Virus record (IMG/VR): IMGVR_UViG_3300037116_000081
Span: 1 to 64,000 of that record
Length of the DNA: 64,000 bases
Origin: a virus
Strand: one strand, 5' to 3'
The translations under genes were made by a program, and so were the position numbers. Position 1 is the stretch's first letter; every line of letters starts with the position of its first letter. The notes beneath the pieces are model-generated. The model ran no database searches, had not been told where the DNA came from, and saw nothing but the letters and a program-made list of their open reading frames with translations. This document shows positions 1 to 9,557 of the stretch, piece by piece.

Positions 1-190
1 AAACCAGATCGGATATTCCTGCCCTGGAACCAACGAACTCGCCGTCGGATCGTTCTTGCCCGTCTTGTCTTTGATGTTCACCGGCCCCACGTTATCGATG
101 TTGAGCGAGCATACGCCCGTCGCGTTCGTCACATCTACTACCAGCCGGAAATGCATTCCGCGCTTATAGGCTGTCAGAGTTTGGCAGCCC
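1..190 (-). pseudogene. 3' fragment paralogous to 42153..42635 and 871..1368, running off the window edge
   Basis: First ~86 nt identical to 42180 onward; encodes GCQTLTAYKRGMHFRLVVDVTNATGVCSLNIDN. The leaderless ATG at 260 is in another frame and gives a 28-aa ORF. Confidence 0.6.
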
Positions 191-259
191 TGGCTATCAC
201 GAAAAGGCAGGCCCCAATTACCAATCCGGACGTGATTACCAAACCGTGATCGAAGGCCA

Positions 260-314
260 TGTATCAATCCTGCCTCAGCGCGCGCACGCCGTCAAGACCC
301 GGAAGTACTAGGAC
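260..314 (-). promoter_or_regulatory. Leaderless sigma70-type promoter (TTGACG-17-CAGGAT-6-ATG), repeated at 510-566 and 41366-41422
   Basis: Three near-identical ~55-bp copies, each ending 6 nt before an ATG. Confidence 0.7.
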
Positions 315-365
315 TCACACGCCAGCATCATCTTCCGTTTCGCGCTGAACTGGGGTTTCAGCGCG
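266..365. repeat. Direct repeat copy 1 (promoter, gene end and hairpin)
   Basis: 100 bp with 2 mismatches versus 41374-41473. Confidence 0.95.
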
Positions 366-512
366 TGAAGCATTTTCGCTGAATGGTGAAGGTAATATAG
401 ACCCGTCCGGAAAAACCTCAAACAATGCTCCACAATCCCGGCACTGCAAGAGCATCCACCCAGCGCGCTTCAACACGCCGCCGCAATCACATCCGGACGA
501 CCGTACATCCAT
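315..512 (-). CDS. Small Zn-ribbon-like protein
   Basis: Two Cys pairs; leaderless start; C-terminus RAETPVQRETEDDAGV is encoded across a hairpin site and is identical to that of 41423..41623. Confidence 0.55.
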   Translation of the reverse strand: MDVRSSGCDCGGVLKRAGWMLLQCRDCGALFEVFPDGSILPSPFSENASRAETPVQRETEDDAGV

Positions 513-592
513 GCGTCAATCCTGCCTCAGCGCGCGCACGCCGTCAAGACCCGGAAGTACTAGGACCGTCGAGAAAAGCGCCAACATAAAAA

Positions 593-874
593 TCAAAGAC
601 CGTAGCGCTGAGCGTGCTCCATCATCCGTGGCCACCAACTACCAGGCTGAGGACGGGGTCCGTCGTAGCCAATCATCCAGTATTCCTTTTGGGCTATGCG
701 TTCTCGCCGTTCTCGATACCGCCGCGTTATCTCTGCGCGATAGGTCAGTGGGCCAATTCGTGGTTTAGGCTGGTATGGGTTGCGCGTTCTCCATGCCCTG
801 GTTGCCGCACGCGACCTGCACTGCGCGCAGTAGTGAGAGCCGCACTGGCACACGCTGCGCTTCGCGAGTATCAT
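593..874 (-). CDS. Hypothetical protein
   Basis: C-terminus (EYWMIGYDGP..QPGSWWPRMMEHAQRYG) shared with 41625..41828. Confidence 0.6.
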   Translation of the reverse strand: MILAKRSVCQCGSHYCAQCRSRAATRAWRTRNPYQPKPRIGPLTYRAEITRRYRERRERIAQKEYWMIGYDGPRPQPGSWWPRMMEHAQRYGL

Positions 875-1368
875 TCCAACCTAAACACCGTCCCGTCAAA
901 CCAGATCGGGTATTCGCGTCCTGGTATCAGAGAAGAGGCTACCGGGTCCGTCAGACCGTCCGCTTGCTTGATGGCAACGGGATTACCGCTGACTTGGTCG
1001 ATCGCCAATGAGCAATGGCCCGCCGCGTTAGTCACGTCGGGCACTAACCTGAGATGCATCCCCTTGGCATAGATAGTCAAAGCTTGGCAACCAGCCGGCC
1101 CGAACTGGTATGTGTAGGCGAAAGTCTTGTTGCTCGACGCCACGAAGTCACAGACGCCGGATTGCGCCGTGGCCTTCGTGAGCAACGTTGCAGTGTTGGC
1201 ATCCACGAACCAGCCTTTACCTGGCGTGAAATACTGAACCAGGTTCTTACCCATCTGGAGACCCTGGAAGGGGTTGATTGCCGTGGTGCCCCGTATTTCG
1301 GTTATCACCAGCGCGCACAGCACTGTCAGCGCAACACCTTGGAGTATTCTCTCTAATGGCGATACCAT
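871..1368 (-). CDS. Exported protein with fibre/adhesin-like C-terminal domain
   Basis: N-terminal hydrophobic segment; paralogue of 42153..42635. Confidence 0.7.
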   Translation of the reverse strand: MVSPLERILQGVALTVLCALVITEIRGTTAINPFQGLQMGKNLVQYFTPGKGWFVDANTATLLTKATAQSGVCDFVASSNKTFAYTYQFGPAGCQALTIYAKGMHLRLVPDVTNAAGHCSLAIDQVSGNPVAIKQADGLTDPVASSLIPGREYPIWFDGTVFRLE

Positions 1369-1985
1369 GCGACCAATCCATCCGGCGTCGGAGTTGATTG
1401 AGGAATCGCGCCAGCAAGAAACGTGATCGTATTTCCAGACAGCGTGTAATCGATGCCCGCGGTTTGCAAAAGCCCGTTTCGGATCAGCATCAGGCTACCG
1501 GCCGGCGAAGGCGCCGCGGCAAGGACAAACGTGGCGTTGACGCCGTTGACAGTTCCGCCTGGTACTTCAGCATCCGAAAAGTTTCCGCCGCTTCCTGCTG
1601 GTCCCTGTGGCCCCGTTGCGCCGGCCGCTCCGGCTGCACCTGCGGGTCCGGTCGCGCCAATAGTGCCGGCTGGCCCCTGCGCACCTGTAGCACCGGCCGG
1701 CCCCGCGGGTCCAGCAATCGAACACCCCGTAGCAGCCGCGTTAAACGTAATAGAGCCGTGTGTCCCTGCCACTGTCGGATAGGTCACCACAATGCAAGCG
1801 GATTTATTGTCCAGCTCGACAATCGCCCCGGTTGGAGTCACGGCAATGACCGAGCCGGCCGGCACCGCTACCGTGGCTTTGATTTGCTGCTCAAGGCTCG
1901 GCTTGGTCTGGCCATGCAGGACCGCGACAAGGATGCCCCCTACTCCGATACAAAAGAGCGAGCTAACGATGAGAACTCGTTTCAT
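1353..1985 (-). CDS. Secreted collagen-like (Gly-X-Y) protein
   Basis: Signal peptide, ~14 GXY triplets and a beta-rich C-domain; paralogue of 42620..43234; TTGCGC-17-TAAGCT promoter just before the ATG at 1985. Confidence 0.85.
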   Translation of the reverse strand: MKRVLIVSSLFCIGVGGILVAVLHGQTKPSLEQQIKATVAVPAGSVIAVTPTGAIVELDNKSACIVVTYPTVAGTHGSITFNAAATGCSIAGPAGPAGATGAQGPAGTIGATGPAGAAGAAGATGPQGPAGSGGNFSDAEVPGGTVNGVNATFVLAAAPSPAGSLMLIRNGLLQTAGIDYTLSGNTITFLAGAIPQSTPTPDGLVAWYRH

Positions 1986-2023
1986 GCAGACAAGCTTACT
2001 CCAGTTCCCGAAATCGCGCAATA

Positions 2024-2254
2024 CTACGCCAGCTCCGCAAGCAACGTCAGTTTCGCTCCAAACGCCGGTTGAGTCGCCCAGGTCATCGCTATCAGGGTAG
2101 CCGAGAGCACGCCCAGGAAGACGCCGACAGCCGCAAGCGGCGCGACGACTGAAGCCAATCCTGGCATCGCGATAATCCCAAACAGCACCAGTAACATGCT
2201 GATGAAAGAGCCGAGCGCGAGCCCAGCGATAAAGCCTTTGTGTTCGTTACTCAT
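2024..2254 (-). CDS. Small 2-TM membrane protein
   Basis: Two hydrophobic helices; AAGGA RBS. Confidence 0.6.
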   Translation of the reverse strand: MSNEHKGFIAGLALGSFISMLLVLFGIIAMPGLASVVAPLAAVGVFLGVLSATLIAMTWATQPAFGAKLTLLAELA

Positions 2255-2387
2255 TTGTGTCCTTCCACGGCTTGATAGTATGGCCTGAAATTGAAGTTTG
2301 AAATGAACCAGAAGTACCGATTCACTCTTAGTACTTATGGGCTATCCTGCGTCTCGTGCTGCACTGGAGTAGCAGCACGTTGGGGCG

Positions 2388-2648
2388 TTACGCGCTTTTC
2401 CATCCGTAATTGTCTCTCGATCCGTGAATGTGTCGGGCGTGCCACTCCCGGCCCTTCGTGTCTACCAACTCGCGTGGCAAAATCAGATCGTCCTTCAATG
2501 TATCGGCGGGTGGCAGGCTCTTCAAATATTCTATCGCTTGCGCTCGAAGGTCGCGCCGAAGAAATTCAAACGGTGTGATTCCCTTGAAGTGATCCGGCAC
2601 ATCCCGGAGTGTTGAGTCACGCGGAAAGATGACAGGCTCCTGGTTCAC
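2388..2648 (-). CDS. Hypothetical protein
   Basis: Overlaps the stop of the upstream gene; ends next to hairpin 2350. Confidence 0.55.
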   Translation of the reverse strand: MNQEPVIFPRDSTLRDVPDHFKGITPFEFLRRDLRAQAIEYLKSLPPADTLKDDLILPRELVDTKGREWHARHIHGSRDNYGWKSA

Positions 2649-3025
2649 AGAATGCCTGCCTTTTCGGGATAGTTAAGAACCGCGCCAGTTTCGTTTTGCA
2701 TCCCTCGGATGCTGTCTAGATATTCCCCCACGGTGAAGCCTTCGCCGAAATTGATGGACCCCGACATCCCTTCGATTGTAGGCACGCACTCCATACAGCT
2801 TTCAGTGAGGGCGTCCGTCAACTGCCAAACGGTTTCGCCAGCGAGTAGCGTTTCGTCGATGTGAAATTCCGCCTGGTGAAGCTCTTCGTTTGCCGCGGTC
2901 AGTTTTTCTTTGCCTGGATCTTCCGGCCCCAACTCGTGGATCAGCGCTTGAAGGTCGGCGGTTAGCAGCGCTGCATTTGCTGAGATGCGGGCGAGACGGC
3001 GTACTCTGTCACGAGTCCAGTTCAT
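2645..3025 (-). CDS. Hypothetical protein
   Basis: ATG at 3025 with AAGG RBS, downstream of a TTGACT-17-CATTAT promoter. Confidence 0.6.
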   Translation of the reverse strand: MNWTRDRVRRLARISANAALLTADLQALIHELGPEDPGKEKLTAANEELHQAEFHIDETLLAGETVWQLTDALTESCMECVPTIEGMSGSINFGEGFTVGEYLDSIRGMQNETGAVLNYPEKAGIL

Positions 3026-3085
3026 TACCTTACACTTTTTTCGTCTTGGCAGGGCACTGGAGTTAGTAGCCCTGCCCCTGAGCGG

Positions 3086-3374
3086 ATAATGCCCCAACTC
3101 TGCCTGTAAGTCAAGTACTGTAGGGTACCAGTCGGGTGAAAACACTTGAGATTTTTCCAGGGCGGGTGTAAACTTTGAACCATGCCACAAACAGCAGCAG
3201 CATTCGCTTGGCTGGTTAAATCTCCAAACCTAAAAACGAAAGGCCGGATCTCCGCGTGAGAAAACCCGGCCTGACTCGAATGGTCTGCACTTCCCGGTCA
3301 CCACACCAGAAAGGTTCACAGCCTGAACAACAGCCTGAACATGCCCATTATACAACAGTCTGAACCTGCGTCAA
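3086..3374. promoter_or_regulatory. Divergent control region with leftward promoter, rightward promoter, antisense promoter, minus-strand terminator and 11-bp direct repeats
   Basis: TTGAGA-17-TAAACT (+, 3146-3174); TTGACG-16-TATAAT (-, 3347-3374); GGCCGG hairpin with T-run (-, ~3232-3272); ACAG(C/T)CTGAAC at 3318, 3330 and 3355. Confidence 0.6.
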
Positions 3375-3703
3375 GACCCAAAAGTACCAGGTTTGAGAGG
3401 TTCCCGCCTCCAAGCTTAAGGGCACCAGAATGTTTCGATGGGATGGAACTAGGCGGCCCGCTCCACGAACTCCCCCTAGAAGCGCTCGGCCTGCTTTGCC
3501 AGTTTCGGGATTACGCCTTCATCCACTTCGGCCTTCCATGCGAAGAGCGTGATTTAGAACGGGTCGCCAAGCAGTTTCGGATGACCCGGCTGAAATTCCG
3601 GCGGCATTGGCCTAGCCTGCGTAAACTTTGGACAGAGTGCGATGGGCGCTTGGTTTATCAAGCAGATGAAGTCTACATCACCGATCGGGAGCCGCGACAA
3701 TGA
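3341..3703 (+). CDS. DUF1376/YdaU-like replication-associated wHTH protein (short paralogue)
   Basis: GLP.E..L..VA..F..W..L..DG.L pattern shared with the next gene; start uncertain. Confidence 0.55.
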   Translation: MPIIQQSEPASRPKSTRFERFPPPSLRAPECFDGMELGGPLHELPLEALGLLCQFRDYAFIHFGLPCEERDLERVAKQFRMTRLKFRRHWPSLRKLWTECDGRLVYQADEVYITDREPRQ

Positions 3704-4476
3704 GATCCCTCCAGATTTTCCCGGCCGACGAACTCGCGGAGTTCATGGGCTGCACAGCAGATCAATTTTTAGCTTTGACACGGCTCCGGTGGTACGCCTG
3801 GTATCACGGCGGAATCCCTAACAACGAGGAGTTTCTCGCTCAACTTCAGAAGAACTTACTCTGTGTTTCAACGCGGAAATTTCGGAAGATGTGGCCATTT
3901 TTGATTTCATTTTTCACCGAAAACGACGGAACTTTGCGGTTTACACTGGATGAGAAGCGGCGTATAGAGTCAGAAGAAAGGATAGCTAAATCACAGGAAG
4001 CAGGTAGGTTAGGGGCTGAAAAGCGCTGGAATCATAAGCGTGGCGTATCGAAAACTGACGATAGCCACCCTATGTTTTCAAACATAGCTCCCATCCCATC
4101 CCATCCCAACCTACCCCATACAGAAGCAGCAACAGCAGACAGAACTACGGGTATTGTGGAACTCAGCCACGCGGTAGCTGCTGCTGATGCTCAAACCACT
4201 GAATCAATTGAACGCAAACCACCAACACGGCAAGATACCGAGTTCCCGGAAGCCCAAAAGCTCATAGCATCCTGCAAGAAATTCTCCGATGTTACGCCAG
4301 ACTTCGTTGAAAAACTCGCAAATCTTGCTCGGGCAGTGGACCCGGACCTTGACGACGGAAGGCTTTGTGAAGCAATCCGCGCGACGTTCAAACGGGAGAA
4401 ACAGGAAAGCGCTGGACTTTGGCTTCACACTGTCCCGGCCTGGTTACAAAATCGAAGGCGGGCGGCTTCAGCATGA
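3700..4476 (+). CDS. DUF1376/YdaU-like phage replication initiator
   Basis: W..GGIPN...LA...FF.E.DG.L followed by the AG+.GAE+RW motif typical of the family. Confidence 0.7.
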   Translation: MRSLQIFPADELAEFMGCTADQFLALTRLRWYAWYHGGIPNNEEFLAQLQKNLLCVSTRKFRKMWPFLISFFTENDGTLRFTLDEKRRIESEERIAKSQEAGRLGAEKRWNHKRGVSKTDDSHPMFSNIAPIPSHPNLPHTEAATADRTTGIVELSHAVAAADAQTTESIERKPPTRQDTEFPEAQKLIASCKKFSDVTPDFVEKLANLARAVDPDLDDGRLCEAIRATFKREKQESAGLWLHTVPAWLQNRRRAASA

Positions 4477-4868
4477 CCGATAGAGAAATAATTTCTGCCG
4501 TAACCAAACTTTTCCACCGGGCGCAAGCTGGAGAGTTCGGGCGTGTCGGAGGATTAAAGCCAGCCGTACACATCAAACTAAATCCATTCGCTGTTGAGAT
4601 TGGCAATGTATACCTGGGCCGTGTTAAAGCTGTCGCTGTAGCAGAAGGTAGGTTGACCGTTGAGGCGAGGACGCTTGGGTGGGCGTTGGTGGGCGAGGAC
4701 AAAAAAGAACGCCGTGTGGTGCCTCTAAAGAGTGGCGCGACGTTCAAAGCCTACATCGAGAAGAGAACGATCCAACGGTTGAATCGCAAGCCAGTTCAGC
4801 CATCGAGAGTGAATCAACCTCAACAGCAACGGCGGATGGAGTATCTCCGCGAAGTTGGACGCCTTTAG
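4473..4868 (+). CDS. Hypothetical basic protein
   Basis: ATGA coupling to the initiator gene. Confidence 0.6.
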   Translation: MTDREIISAVTKLFHRAQAGEFGRVGGLKPAVHIKLNPFAVEIGNVYLGRVKAVAVAEGRLTVEARTLGWALVGEDKKERRVVPLKSGATFKAYIEKRTIQRLNRKPVQPSRVNQPQQQRRMEYLREVGRL

Positions 4869-5371
4869 TTCGGTTGACCGTTTTCTGGAACCGGCTGAGG
4901 AGTTGAGTAGCGGTCCTTCTCTTCGATAGCGTCTCGCATTTCACGAAGCAGGTTTTCTACTTCCACGGCAAAGTGTGCATAGTGCGGAGTGTCGAGTCCT
5001 TGGAAAATCTGTGCCACTCGATCCCTGATCCGTTCATCGCTCGGATGCGCTTCTTTCCGTGCCGTCAACTTATGCACGTTCCACCGCGTGAAGTCCGTCC
5101 CTAACTTCTCTGCCGTTGCGTTGTCCATCTCGAAACACTTCGATACCATCAGGTAGCCTGCGAATTCCCCGCCTGACATTTGCGCCGCTTGGATTGCATC
5201 CGGATGACTTTTTTGCAAGTGCTTCATCAACGGATTTACCATCGCCGCGACTTGCTGAAGCTTCGCCTTAGGATTTGATCCGACGATAGCGGCTGAGCCG
5301 AGTAGGTCAGATTTGAAGACGTGACCACAGAGGATGCATTTGGTGGGCTGGTGAATCAAAGTTGGATTCAT
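4865..5371 (-). CDS. Zn-finger-like protein
   Basis: CxxC ... HxxxxH motifs; GAAGGA RBS. Confidence 0.65.
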   Translation of the reverse strand: MNPTLIHQPTKCILCGHVFKSDLLGSAAIVGSNPKAKLQQVAAMVNPLMKHLQKSHPDAIQAAQMSGGEFAGYLMVSKCFEMDNATAEKLGTDFTRWNVHKLTARKEAHPSDERIRDRVAQIFQGLDTPHYAHFAVEVENLLREMRDAIEEKDRYSTPQPVPENGQPN

Positions 5372-5437
5372 TTCGTTTCTTCCTTCAGGTTTCGGCGGGG
5401 CACTGGAGTAGCCCCGCCCAAAATGTTGGCCGGTCGG

Positions 5438-5878
5438 TCACTTCAGATACCATCGGCGCGTTTCATCGTCGCCTTCAATCTTCGATTCCACTACTCCTTT
5501 CGATTTGAGCCACGAACAGGCGGTATAGACTGTCTGAGCTGGAACTTTCAAAAACTGAATCAATTCCATGCTCGACATCGGGCGTTTGCGCAAAGCCTCT
5601 TGGACCCGATCTACTATGGACGGACCACCAGCGCGCGGTGCTTCACTTTCGTGTGCTGCTATTGGCGCGTGCTTAACCGGCTGCTTTCGCTGGTACGCGC
5701 GTTTTACTGGTGGCTGTTCTGGGGCTTGTTCTACGGGACTGGCTAACTGGAGTGGCCCCTCCGTTATCACGGGAGCTTCCGCAGGACGGGGAGTTCCCTG
5801 GATCGCGGAAAGCAAACTCCGGATCGTTTCTTCGTTTTCAACTTCGGCATCGATAATAACCGCGTGGATCTTCGCCAT
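5438..5878 (-). CDS. Winged-helix DNA-binding protein
   Basis: C-terminal wHTH (MSSMELIQFL..QTVYTACSWLKSKGVVES..WYL); bracketed by hairpins 5389 and 5894. Confidence 0.7.
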   Translation of the reverse strand: MAKIHAVIIDAEVENEETIRSLLSAIQGTPRPAEAPVITEGPLQLASPVEQAPEQPPVKRAYQRKQPVKHAPIAAHESEAPRAGGPSIVDRVQEALRKRPMSSMELIQFLKVPAQTVYTACSWLKSKGVVESKIEGDDETRRWYLK

Positions 5879-5924
5879 TGTTCGACCTTTCCCCGCGCTG
5901 CTATTCCAGTGCAGCGCAAGACGA

Positions 5925-7445
5925 CTAGAAATCTTTCGTTACTGCTTTACGTTCATCTTCTGTCCCTGGCTGTTCTGGATCTTCGTCTTCTTCTTCGGCT
6001 GGTTCATCCGAGAGGAACTGCAAGACAAAAGTCTGCACCTTCTCGGGCGGCTGCAATTGCATGAGCAACTGTTGAACGTTTGGCGCCGCGACTTGCTTTC
6101 GAAGTTCGAAAAGCGCGAGAACTTTCTCCGGCCCCAGCTTTTTCGTTTCCCGATATGAGAAATCTCCGTATTCATCCAGGAACCAATCGCGGAAATGCAT
6201 TCCGGTAGCTTTGTGGAACATGTCCACCATGTGTGGTGTCGCTATGTCGAGCATCGGCCCCATGGTCGCATTGATAAGTTCCAACTCCATGAACATGGTT
6301 TGTTGCTCCGATGTGAGATTGGGATTCATTTGCTGGGGCTGCGGGACGTCAGGCGCGGCCGGTTCGGGAAGGGAATGGTCAGCCTGTACGGTAACGGGCG
6401 GGCGTGGTGGCGGCTTCTGCCCAGCGCGCGCGATGGCAACCTGTGCGACGGCTCCCCCAACTTCTAAAAGCTTTTGGACAACCGGGACAAGCACTCCCGC
6501 CCAATCTGTTCCGGAGCTGGCCGCGCTATTCCCGCGGAACATGCCGGCGATTTCTTTCACGTCGCCCAACTCTTCCTTGAGTGAGCGCCGTGGCTCGGGC
6601 GTGTTGTTCTTCGCGAGCAGTTCGCGTGAGAATTTACGCTCTTCGGAAAGTTCGGATTGCATTGCGGCGAGCTGACTCATCACGAGTTGAACCACTCCCC
6701 CGCCGTCCGACTTGTTGACGCTGAGAATTTTCTCGACCAGCCCCATGAACTGAGCCGGGTTCGCCATCGCCAGCATGCGATCCGCGCTTTTTTCCATACT
6801 CTCTATCACTTTCCCGGCGAGTGAGTTTTGTTCTTCCGGTGCAGCCTCAGGACGAAGTTGCTTGACTGCGTTCACCGCGGCCTTGAACATTTCGGCGGCT
6901 TGATCCATGCCCGCACTCGTGCCGGCCACTTGCTGCTGCTGGATACGCCTCGACTCCGCGGCCTCTAGTAAAGGCTTGGCCCACGCCCAGTCTTTGTTGC
7001 GGCCGTCATTGATCCACTCACCCAGGGGAAGCTTAGGCGGGTAGTTCATGTTCATGATCCGAAAATAGTGACTGTAAGCAGACTTACCGTGGCGGGTTGT
7101 CGGATTAAATAGATTTAATACAGCAAGGTACTTTCCGCTGCCGTACTCTTCCATGACCGACTGCTGATCGATCGGCTGGGTGTACTTCATGATGAAGTTG
7201 TCATTGCCGGTGATCTTCCGGTCGGTGTAGGGCTCACATCGGTACAGGTATATGGTGTATAAGTCCTTCCAATCCTGTTCGGTGAGAGCTTTCAAGCTAT
7301 CGAAGAACGATTCTCCGACGTCCCCCGCTCCCGTGTCGGCTTTTACGTCTCTCGGAGCCCTCGGCCGGCCTGGTGGCCGCTTATCCGGCGGTTCAAGTGG
7401 TTGAGTCTGCTCTTTTTGGATCGGTTCTGCGGTGGTTTCTGCCAC
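5925..7445 (-). CDS. Large hypothetical protein (506 aa)
   Basis: Globular N-domain, helical middle and acidic tail; divergent from the structural operon. Confidence 0.8.
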   Translation of the reverse strand: MAETTAEPIQKEQTQPLEPPDKRPPGRPRAPRDVKADTGAGDVGESFFDSLKALTEQDWKDLYTIYLYRCEPYTDRKITGNDNFIMKYTQPIDQQSVMEEYGSGKYLAVLNLFNPTTRHGKSAYSHYFRIMNMNYPPKLPLGEWINDGRNKDWAWAKPLLEAAESRRIQQQQVAGTSAGMDQAAEMFKAAVNAVKQLRPEAAPEEQNSLAGKVIESMEKSADRMLAMANPAQFMGLVEKILSVNKSDGGGVVQLVMSQLAAMQSELSEERKFSRELLAKNNTPEPRRSLKEELGDVKEIAGMFRGNSAASSGTDWAGVLVPVVQKLLEVGGAVAQVAIARAGQKPPPRPPVTVQADHSLPEPAAPDVPQPQQMNPNLTSEQQTMFMELELINATMGPMLDIATPHMVDMFHKATGMHFRDWFLDEYGDFSYRETKKLGPEKVLALFELRKQVAAPNVQQLLMQLQPPEKVQTFVLQFLSDEPAEEEDEDPEQPGTEDERKAVTKDF

Positions 7446-7518
7446 GTTTCACGGCTCCGTGGGCCTATGTTCCACGTGGAACCTTCGTACTAGTCCACCT
7501 GGTGACGCCCTGGCCGTT

Positions 7519-7572
7519 AGTATACGTACCTTAGGAGCGCGGTTGCAACTGGAAAATTATTGCGGTTACACT
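7519..7572. promoter_or_regulatory. Back-to-back promoters sharing one palindromic -35 (TTGCAA)
   Basis: TATACT (-, 7519-7524) and TACACT (+, 7567-7572) are each 18 bp from TTGCAA at 7543-7548. Confidence 0.6.
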
Positions 7573-7580
7573 TACGCTTC

Positions 7581-8807
7581 GTGGACTATCTCGACAGCGG
7601 CTCTATGTACGGGTCCTTAGATAGCGCTCCCCTTGCGCCTCCGGATCCGCAATCGTCAACGCCAGCGAGCGCAGCGATCGCGAAAACTGGCCCTATCATT
7701 AAAGAGAAGATCCCCGCGGCGCCCGACACCGACACATCGACTAAGCAGACCATTGCGAAGATGTGCGAGTACATCGCGGCCGGCGCCTCCGATGACGTGT
7801 GCCAGTTATGGGCAAAGCAAGCGCGCGAACGTTGGGCTGGCCAGTTCAACCAAGTAGCGTCTGTAACCGGCCGAATGGTGCCGCAAACCTCAGGCGATTG
7901 TTGGGGCGTGTGGTGGATGGTGAAACACGCCGTCAAGTTCGCGAAGGACGAACCGCGGTTGTTTCAGATCGGTGAGCCCGATGCGCTCGATTTATTGATA
8001 GCGCCCGCGGTGCTCGTGCGTGAACAGGATCGCAAGGAAGATTGCGACGGCTTCACGATGCTGGTGTGCTGCCTACTCAAGATTCTGGGGATCTCATCGG
8101 TCATTGTGACGGTGGCGGCGGACCCATCCGATCCGGAACGCTGGTCGCACGTCTTCCCGATGGCTGAAGTGAACGGTGCGTATCTTCCAATGGACGCATC
8201 GCACGGAAAGTTCCCTGGCTGGATGGTTCCGCGCGATCACATCTCCCGATGGCAGGCTTGGGACCTCAACGGCAATCCAGTGCAGGCGTTTCCGTCACAG
8301 GCGAAGAACACGCTACACGGATATCTTCCACGCGGGGCGCCGATGCGGAAACGCGGGATGCGCGGACTCGGGCAGACGGACTATACATCAGTGGCGAGCT
8401 CCACGGGTGACTACCAAGTTTTCAGTGATGGCACAGTCTTTGATCCGAACGGCAATGTCGTTACAGATTTCAGCGCGTTGCCTAACTCGTTAACGACCCA
8501 GATTAACAGTGCCCTGAATCCGCTGGCCATCAGCACGCCCGCAACGCCAACTGCCACCAGCGCGTCCGGAACCCCTACCAACTGGACCGGCATTATCAAC
8601 AGTATCGTTTCAGGCGGATTGAAAGCAGCGCAGCTTGCGACGTTGCCTCCGGGCTATGTGATCGGCGCGAATGGCCAGCCCGTGTACACAGGGCAGTCCG
8701 CGGCGAATGCACAACTCACATCCAGCTTCGCGAGTATCCTGCCGTGGTTAGCGATTGGATTGGTTGCGGCTGTAGTGGTCATTCCACTTCTTGGGAGCAA
8801 GCAGTGA
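7581..8807 (+). CDS. Transglutaminase-like cysteine protease/acyltransferase with C-terminal membrane anchor
   Basis: EDCDG...HVFP...PMDAS Cys-His-Asp triad; RGMRGLGQ motif; PW-TM tail; start is GTG 7581 or ATG 7605. Confidence 0.8.
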   Translation: MDYLDSGSMYGSLDSAPLAPPDPQSSTPASAAIAKTGPIIKEKIPAAPDTDTSTKQTIAKMCEYIAAGASDDVCQLWAKQARERWAGQFNQVASVTGRMVPQTSGDCWGVWWMVKHAVKFAKDEPRLFQIGEPDALDLLIAPAVLVREQDRKEDCDGFTMLVCCLLKILGISSVIVTVAADPSDPERWSHVFPMAEVNGAYLPMDASHGKFPGWMVPRDHISRWQAWDLNGNPVQAFPSQAKNTLHGYLPRGAPMRKRGMRGLGQTDYTSVASSTGDYQVFSDGTVFDPNGNVVTDFSALPNSLTTQINSALNPLAISTPATPTATSASGTPTNWTGIINSIVSGGLKAAQLATLPPGYVIGANGQPVYTGQSAANAQLTSSFASILPWLAIGLVAAVVVIPLLGSKQ

Positions 8808-9557
8808 ATGTACGTCTCTTCAAGATCTTCCGTCTCGCGCTGCACTGGAGTAGCAGCGCGGGGAACAGTCTCGCGATCGCTTGGCGATATCTCCTCACCG
8901 CAGTCCATCAATCAGATAGTAACGGTTGGCGCATCGACTACTGTTGGAATTCTTGTAGCGTTAGGCACGGTTACGGGTCCGATTGGAGCGGCCATCGCTG
9001 GCTTGATCGCAGTTGGCTCGCTTATCGCCAACATGTTTCACGGCTGTGGGCAGACCTGCGTAGTCGCGACACAGGACGCGAACAAGATCGGCGCGTTGCT
9101 CGATCAGAATCAGGCAGCGTATATGAACGCCCCGGTTCACTACAAGAGCTTGCAAGCGGCGGCGCTAAACAACATCAACACGCTCGCGGCGGCATTGCAG
9201 CAAGCGTGCAGCGATCCATCTTTAGGGCAGGCTGGGCAGCGCTGCATCTCCGAAAGATTGGTCAGGCGTCCGTGTCCGAGCACGTTGAACGATTCGAATA
9301 TCGGCGGCGGGCAGATCAAGTTCTGCGATTACTGGAGCTTCTATTACGATCCGATCGCGAACGATCCGAATGTAGTTCCGGACCCCACGCCAGCTTCGTC
9401 GGGTCCAGCTTCAGCGGCGGTCTCTTCGGTGGGCTCCGCAATTTCTTCTGTGCTGCCTTCATCGGTCAGCAGTCTTTTGACCGGGAGCGTCTTTGGTCTT
9501 CCAGTGTGGCTGCTCGGCGCGGTGGCGCTCACGGCCTTGTGGGTGGCGAGCGAATGA
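8808..9557 (+). CDS. Putative virion membrane protein
   Basis: SLGD motif, Gly/Ala TM hairpin, Cys-rich domain and C-terminal PVW-TM. Confidence 0.75.
   Translation: MYVSSRSSVSRCTGVAARGTVSRSLGDISSPQSINQIVTVGASTTVGILVALGTVTGPIGAAIAGLIAVGSLIANMFHGCGQTCVVATQDANKIGALLDQNQAAYMNAPVHYKSLQAAALNNINTLAAALQQACSDPSLGQAGQRCISERLVRRPCPSTLNDSNIGGGQIKFCDYWSFYYDPIANDPNVVPDPTPASSGPASAAVSSVGSAISSVLPSSVSSLLTGSVFGLPVWLLGAVALTALWVASE

Noticed and set aside
5925-7445. Packaging ATPase or integrase
   Set aside because: The HGKS word lacks Walker A context, and no recombinase catalytic motifs are recognisable
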